64,000 bases of DNA from an uncultured Chloroflexia bacterium (GTDB lineage Bacteria; Chloroflexota; Limnocylindria; Limnocylindrales; CSP1-4). The position numbers were made by a program, and so were the translations under genes. The notes beneath the pieces are model-generated. The model did no database searches, was not told where the DNA came from, and saw only the letters and a program-made list of their open reading frames with translations. This document shows, piece by piece, positions 57,197 through 64,000 of the stretch; within the stretch, counting starts at the first letter, position 1; every line of letters begins with the position of its first letter. Location: contig CAVYBU010000002.1 of assembly GCA_963766735.1 (NCBI GenBank), forward strand, positions 256,001-320,000, in the 5' to 3' direction.

Positions 57197-57955
57197 CTAG
57201 TGTGGAGGCGGTGCGATCGTGGCCATCATCGCCGACGTTTCCGCGGCCACGATCTGCTGCTGCTCCTCGCGTGAGATCGTGGCCGCCGGATCGTTCGGCT
57301 GGCCGGTGTACCAGCCCATCTGCTCGTGGTTGCCACCGTCGATCGGCACGAATGTCGTGTCGGGCGGGAGCAATGCCCGTGTCCCGGGGCCGGCCATCCG
57401 GGCGGCCCCGGCGTCACCCGTCCCGTAGATCGAGACCACGACCAGGTCCAGCGCGGACAGGTCCGTTGCCGGGTAGGAGGCCCACAACGCCAACCCGTCG
57501 ATCTGATCCGGGTTGTCGGCGATGTACTGGGCAGCCATTGACCCCCCGAGCGAGTGGCCGGCAAGAGCCCATGCCCGGAGCCCCGGGTGGGCGGCGATCG
57601 CCGAGGCCGCTGCATCGATCCCGAACACCGCCAGGTTGAACGGCATCGGCGTGATGATGACGAGATAGCCATCGGATGCGATCGACTGGGCCAGTGGCCC
57701 GTATGCCGCGGCCGGGACCTTGCCACCCGGGTAGATCACGAGGCCCGCGTCATACCGACGATCCGCCGGCGACCATTCGAGGCGCCCATCCACCTCGGCG
57801 AACGTCACGTCCGGCGTCGATGCCAGCGAAGCGGTGGCCTCGGGGAGGATCGGCTGCGGCTGCGTGTACCACAGCGAGCCGGCCGCAACCAGGGCGATGA
57901 CCGCGAGGAGGGCGAGGCCGACCGTTCGGCGGCGCGGGCGGCGGATGGAGGCCAT
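57197..57955 (-). CDS. Membrane-anchored alpha/beta hydrolase
   Basis: N-terminal TM, IYPGGKV...AY, GHSLGG and GGNH. Confidence 0.85.
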   Translation of the reverse strand: MASIRRPRRRTVGLALLAVIALVAAGSLWYTQPQPILPEATASLASTPDVTFAEVDGRLEWSPADRRYDAGLVIYPGGKVPAAAYGPLAQSIASDGYLVIITPMPFNLAVFGIDAAASAIAAHPGLRAWALAGHSLGGSMAAQYIADNPDQIDGLALWASYPATDLSALDLVVVSIYGTGDAGAARMAGPGTRALLPPDTTFVPIDGGNHEQMGWYTGQPNDPAATISREEQQQIVAAETSAMMATIAPPPH

Positions 57956-57967
57956 GGAGAACTCCGC

Positions 57968-58666
57968 TCAGGGGATGGGATCGACGGGGGCCACGTGCGC
58001 AGGCCCGGAGGCCGGAACGTCGTCCGCCTCGTCGGCAGCTGCAGCACCCCATTCGTACGCGCGGGCGTCGGCGGGCTCCGGCGGGCCGTCGTACGGCGGC
58101 AGGTCCGCGTGACGGATCGAGACGTCGTGGGTGACTCCGGGGTCGCCGGTGTCGATGGAACGGACGGGCAGGCCCGCGGCAGCGAGATCCCCGACCAGCT
58201 CATCGGGCGTGCGGGCGACGTCCAGGCCCCGGAGCGCCGGCAGGAGGGCGATCGGCAGGAGCACCGGGAAGCCGTCCTCGCCCCCGAAAGCCGGACGCAG
58301 CACGGCATCACGCTCCTCGCCGTGGGCAGCGATCAGGGTGGTCACGGTCTCAGCGTCAACCCAGGCGAAGCGCGCCGGCCACACGAGCGCAGCGTCGGTC
58401 TCTGTCACGAGACGGATCACGGCATCGATCCCGTTCACGATCTGGCCCACCGGCCCGGACGCCTGCGCCACGGGGTCCACGAGGGTGACCTCCGCATTCG
58501 CGAGGGCTGCGCTCACCGTGCCGCCGGGGTCGAACGAGCAGACGACGACGGGAGTCGCCCCACCTGCCCACGCGACGCTCGCCAGGCGGCGGACGGCGGG
58601 CGTGCCACCGGCGTCGGCCAGCGCGGACGCCTCGGACGCGGCCAGGATGACGGCGGCGACGGTCAT
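57968..58666 (-). CDS. MocA/MobA-like nucleotidyltransferase-fold protein (degenerate motif)
   Basis: VAAVILAA start, [13 protein letters not shown] and DPGVTHDV resemble the NTP_transf_3 family, but the Gly/Arg/Lys loop is missing. AGGAGG SD. Confidence 0.6.
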   Translation of the reverse strand: MTVAAVILAASEASALADAGGTPAVRRLASVAWAGGATPVVVCSFDPGGTVSAALANAEVTLVDPVAQASGPVGQIVNGIDAVIRLVTETDAALVWPARFAWVDAETVTTLIAAHGEERDAVLRPAFGGEDGFPVLLPIALLPALRGLDVARTPDELVGDLAAAGLPVRSIDTGDPGVTHDVSIRHADLPPYDGPPEPADARAYEWGAAAADEADDVPASGPAHVAPVDPIP

Positions 58667-58867
58667 GCGATCTCCTCCTGCACGGCCCGAGTGTAGCCGC
58701 CAGCCGGGGTCCTTCCTCTCGATCGTCGCCGACAGGATCCTTCGGGCCGACTCCAGGTCGACGGTCGGGCGATCGAGGCGCTGGACTGGCGGGCGTTCTC
58801 CGGGGCCGCGTGGCCCAGGGGTGCGCGACGGCCCGAAACTGCGGCATGTGCGACACTTCGCGCGCCC

Positions 58868-60784
<1,917 letters not shown>

Positions 60785-60796
<12 letters not shown>

Positions 60797-60956
60797 ACCC
60801 CTCCGGAGGCGCGCGGCGCTCCCGAGGCACGGCGAGCGCCCGAGGCGGAGAACCCTCCGCGGGCGCAGCGCGCTCCGAACCTCCAGCGGGGCACTCGCTG
60901 CCCACAGCGTCTGGTCCGCCCGCAGCCTGCTGGCCCGCCCACAGCGTCCGGTCCGC
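60785..60956 (+). repeat. Two adjacent degenerate tandem arrays of about 18 bp spanning the typA stop
   Basis: CC(C/G)GAGGC-type units at 60785, 60803, 60821, 60839 and 60857; GCCC(A/G)CAGC..GG(T/C)CC units at 60900, 60918 and 60937. Confidence 0.6.
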
Positions 60957-60960
60957 GTTC

Positions 60961-60990
60961 GCCATCCCGGGCGGCGACGCCCGGGATGGC
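60961..60990. terminator. Hairpin between convergent genes (likely bidirectional terminator)
   Basis: GCCATCCCGGGCG-gcga-CGCCCGGGATGGC, perfect 13-bp stem with a GNRA loop. Confidence 0.7.
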
Positions 60991-61004
60991 CACTCCCGTC
61001 GGAG

Positions 61005-62736
61005 CTACTGCTTCCGGTTGCGGATCACGAGCGCGGCGATGCCGATCACGACGCCGATCAGGAGCAGCACGATCAGGATCGTGCCCACATTGCTATCCGC
61101 TCTCGACGGGAGGCTCGGGCGCCGGCGTGGGGGCCGCGGTGGGAGTCGGGGACGGCGAGCTGACGACGGTAACCGTCAGCGGGATGTCGGACCGCCCGTT
61201 CCCCTTGGTGATGACCGGCGTGCCGACCTCCGTTGCCCAGAGCGTGCCGTTCTCCCAGATCGTCCCGCGGACGACGTAGTCAGCATCGTCATCGATCGCT
61301 TCGGGGTCGTACGGGACCGAGTAGGCGACGGGCGCCGCGCCGGTCGGCTGGATGTACTGGAACCCGATGGTCTCGCCGGAGCTGACCTTGATCACGAGGG
61401 CCGTGCCGTATGTCTCCGGATCGCTCGCCGAGTCCAGCCCGATGCCGGAGATCGTCCCCGTCACGGCGCCCTTGAGGAGGTCCGGACGGAACGCGAGCGG
61501 GAGCTCCACGCCCTCGACCAGCGCCACGCCGGTCTCGACAGGCACGCCGATCGGGGTCACCCAGGCGAGATCGCCGTCCACGAGGCCGGCATACAGGCGG
61601 TAGGTCGCGTCCTTGGTGAGCGCCGAGAACGCGTATGCCAGCTCCCAGGGAATGGGCTGGTCGCCCGGGTCCGTCATCTGCTTCGAGGCGATGATGGTGC
61701 CGGCCTTCGGACCCGCGGTCCCCTCGACGAGGAGAACGACGGCGTGGGCCTCCGCGGTGGGCTTGTGATCCTCATTCCAGGTCAGGGTGCCCTTGATGGT
61801 GCCGGTGGTCGGTTCTGCCGTCGGCGACGCGGTCGCGGATTCGCTCGGAACCTCGCTGGGGCTCGATGTCGGCTCGTCGCTGGGCGCCGCCGTCGGGGCC
61901 TCGGTCGGGGCTTCGGTGGGTGCCGCCGTCGGGGCCTCGGTGGGCGCCGCCGTCGGCTTGGCGGTGGGTGCCGCCGTCGGCTTGGCGGTCGGTGCCGCCG
62001 TCGGCTGCGGTCCACCGGCGATCGTGACCGCGACGACGAGGCCCTCGCTGGGCGCTCCGTTGGTCACCGCCGGGACGCCGGTCCGGGCCTCCCAGGCAGA
62101 GGACCCATCGATGATCATGGCCTTCACGACGTAGGTTGCGGCAGGATCGATGATGCCGGGGTCGTAGGCGATGCTGAACGCGACCGGCGTCGCGCCCGGC
62201 GCCGGGATGACCTGGCGCGCCGTGAGCGTGCCGGTGTTCGTGTTGACCAGGATCGCGTAGGCGACGGCCTCCGGGGTGAGGGCGGCCTTGTCGGCCTTCG
62301 TGATCGTGCCGGTCACGGACGCGGTCGCGCCCGGAGAGGTGATGACCACGGGCAGGACCACGTTCGAAGTGGGCCCGCCGGTGATGACCGGCACCGCCTC
62401 GACGGTCTGGCGGGTCTTGCCCGCGTCGAGGGTGCTGGCGAACAGGGCGTAGCTGTGCGTGGGATCGATCGCCGCGGCCTCGAACGGGACGCTGAATGCG
62501 ATGGGGAACTGCCCGCCGGTGATCACCTGCTGGCCGATCGCCACCTTCGTGGTCGGGTCGGCCTGCTGGTCGACCAGGGTCACGACGGTGACGGCATCGG
62601 GGCTGAGCGCGATCTTCTCCTTGCTCGTGACGTTCCCGGTCACCACGTTCTCGGCGGCGGATGCCGCTGGACCGGCGTGGGCAAGGATGGGCGCGATCAG
62701 CGCCAGCAGCACGACAAGCAGAAACGTTCGACGCAT
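61005..62736 (-). CDS. Secreted protein with four YbaY/YscW-like domains; C-terminal TM anchor out of frame (stop at 61093)
   Basis: Signal peptide ending ASA, four VTG.V/IT...P.AF.V.YD...I....Y....PVIT units and a PTAA linker. The tail NVGTILIVLLLIGVVIGIAALVIRNRKQ* lies in a shifted frame at 61005-61097. Confidence 0.75.
61882..62010 (-). repeat. 12-bp coding tandem repeat (PTAA/PTAK/PTEA linker)
   Basis: Repeated CCGACGGCGGC(A/G), CCCACCGCCAAG and CCCACCGAGGCC units on the minus strand. Confidence 0.8.
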
Positions 62737-62865
62737 CGTTTGGGGACTCCTTCGGGCCGGCCCGTGATGTGGGCCGTCGGCGCGGCAAGTGTATCGCGAT
62801 CGGAATTCCGTCGCCCCAGGCGGGTCAGTGGTCCCGGGAGGCGACCGGACTACAATCCGCGGACG

Positions 62866-64000
62866 ATGCCGATCTACCTCGACCACGCCGCGACCACGCC
62901 GCTGCGCGCGGAGGCTCGCGACGCGATGCTCCCGTACCTGGATGGCATCTTCGGGAACCCCTCGTCCGCGCACGGTTTCGGCCGCATCGCGCGCGAGGCT
63001 CTCGACGACGCACACGAGAGGCTGGCGCGGGCCATCGGCGCCGAGGCCCGGGAGATCGTCTTCACCGGCGGTGGAACCGAGGCCGACAACCTCGCCCTCA
63101 AGGGTGCTGCGTGGGCAGGCCGCGCGAAGGGCCACCGGATCGTCACCACGCCCGTGGAGCACCACGCCGTCGGTCACACGCTGGCGCACCTGGAGAAGTT
63201 CGGCTTCGAGGTTGTCCAGGTCCCGGTGGACCGGTATGGGCGCGTGGATCCGGCGGACGTCGAGGCGGCGCTCACGGACCGGACGATCCTGGTATCGGTG
63301 ATGCTGGCCAACAACGAGGTCGGCACCGTCCTGCCCATCCGGGAGATCGCGGATGTCGTGCACGCCCACCGTGGCACCCTGCTTCACGTGGACGCGGTGC
63401 AGGCTGCGGCGTGGGTGGACCTCGACGTCGGCGCGCTGGGCGCGGACCTCGTGGCGCTGGCAGCACACAAGGTGGAGGGACCGAAGGGCACCGGGGCGCT
63501 CTGGATCCGCCGTGGGACCCACATCCTCCCCCAGCAGCACGGCGGGTCGCAGGAGCGCCACCGGCGAGCCGGGACGGAGAACGTGGCGGGGGCGGTGGGC
63601 ATGGCGGTGGCGTTCGAGCTGGCGGCTGCTGAACGTGTCGTCACCGTGCCCCGTGTCACGGGGTTGCGGGATCGGCTGGCCGCGGCCCTGCTGGCGGTTC
63701 CCGACGCTGAGCTCACCGGCCATCCGGTCGAGCGCCTGCCGCACATCCTCTCGGTGGTGGTGCGCGGAATCGAGGGCGGCTCCGTCGCCCTGTCGCTGGA
63801 CCTGGCAGGGATCGCGGCTTCCACCGGTTCGGCCTGCGCGTCGGGCTCCACCGAGGTCAGCCACGTGCTGGCGGCGATGGGCTTCCCGGCCGACGAGGCG
63901 CGCGGTGCCCTCCGGCTGAGCCTCGGCCGCACGACCACGGACGCCGAAATCGACGAGGCAGTACGCGTCGTGCCTGACGTCATCGCGCGCATTGCCGCCG
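62866..64000 (+). CDS. iscS: Cysteine desulfurase (IscS/NifS class), 3'-truncated by window edge
   Basis: Read directly from the sequence, absent from the ORF track: MPIYLDHAATTP, GNPSS, GGTEADN, ANNEVG, HVDAVQ, AHKVEGPKG, RAGTEN and STGSACASG. No stop before 64000. Confidence 0.93.
   Translation, partial: MPIYLDHAATTPLRAEARDAMLPYLDGIFGNPSSAHGFGRIAREALDDAHERLARAIGAEAREIVFTGGGTEADNLALKGAAWAGRAKGHRIVTTPVEHHAVGHTLAHLEKFGFEVVQVPVDRYGRVDPADVEAALTDRTILVSVMLANNEVGTVLPIREIADVVHAHRGTLLHVDAVQAAAWVDLDVGALGADLVALAAHKVEGPKGTGALWIRRGTHILPQQHGGSQERHRRAGTENVAGAVGMAVAFELAAAERVVTVPRVTGLRDRLAAALLAVPDAELTGHPVERLPHILSVVVRGIEGGSVALSLDLAGIAASTGSACASGSTEVSHVLAAMGFPADEARGALRLSLGRTTTDAEIDEAVRVVPDVIARIAA

Overview
A very GC-rich bacterial chromosome segment, densely coding and mostly on the + strand. 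Gene content suggests a monoderm, probably a Chloroflexota lineage (inference, not verified). It is largely core genome: murI, ychF, mrfA/mrfB-like repair helicase and nuclease, ftsB-like, tRNA-Met(CAT), ftsH, ppa, thpR, trpB2, tyrA, nfeD-SPFH, comM-dprA, topA-xerC-murJ-2x Fem ligase-murE, rel, csp, hisS-aspS, typA and a truncated iscS. I found no CRISPR array, prophage, IS element or recognisable defence island. Best leads for undescribed biology: (i) two dispersed receiver-CpaE/TadZ ATPases with reciprocal degeneracy, one directly upstream of comM-dprA, with no Tad locus in the window; (ii) a stand-alone DnaB/SF4-type ATPase lacking the N-terminal domain; (iii) an 88-aa Zn-ribbon protein with tandem ERRxxDRRxGPRR repeats (candidate c-di-GMP receptor); (iv) a phased TGACA-N7-TGTCA WYL-type operator over the mrfAB promoter; (v) a four-domain YbaY-like surface protein whose membrane anchor is out of frame; (vi) a peptidoglycan operon pointing to a Lys/Orn stem with a peptide bridge; (vii) widespread leaderless gene starts. 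Three frameshifts are visible and may be sequencing indels. All functional calls come from motif recognition by eye; no searches were run.
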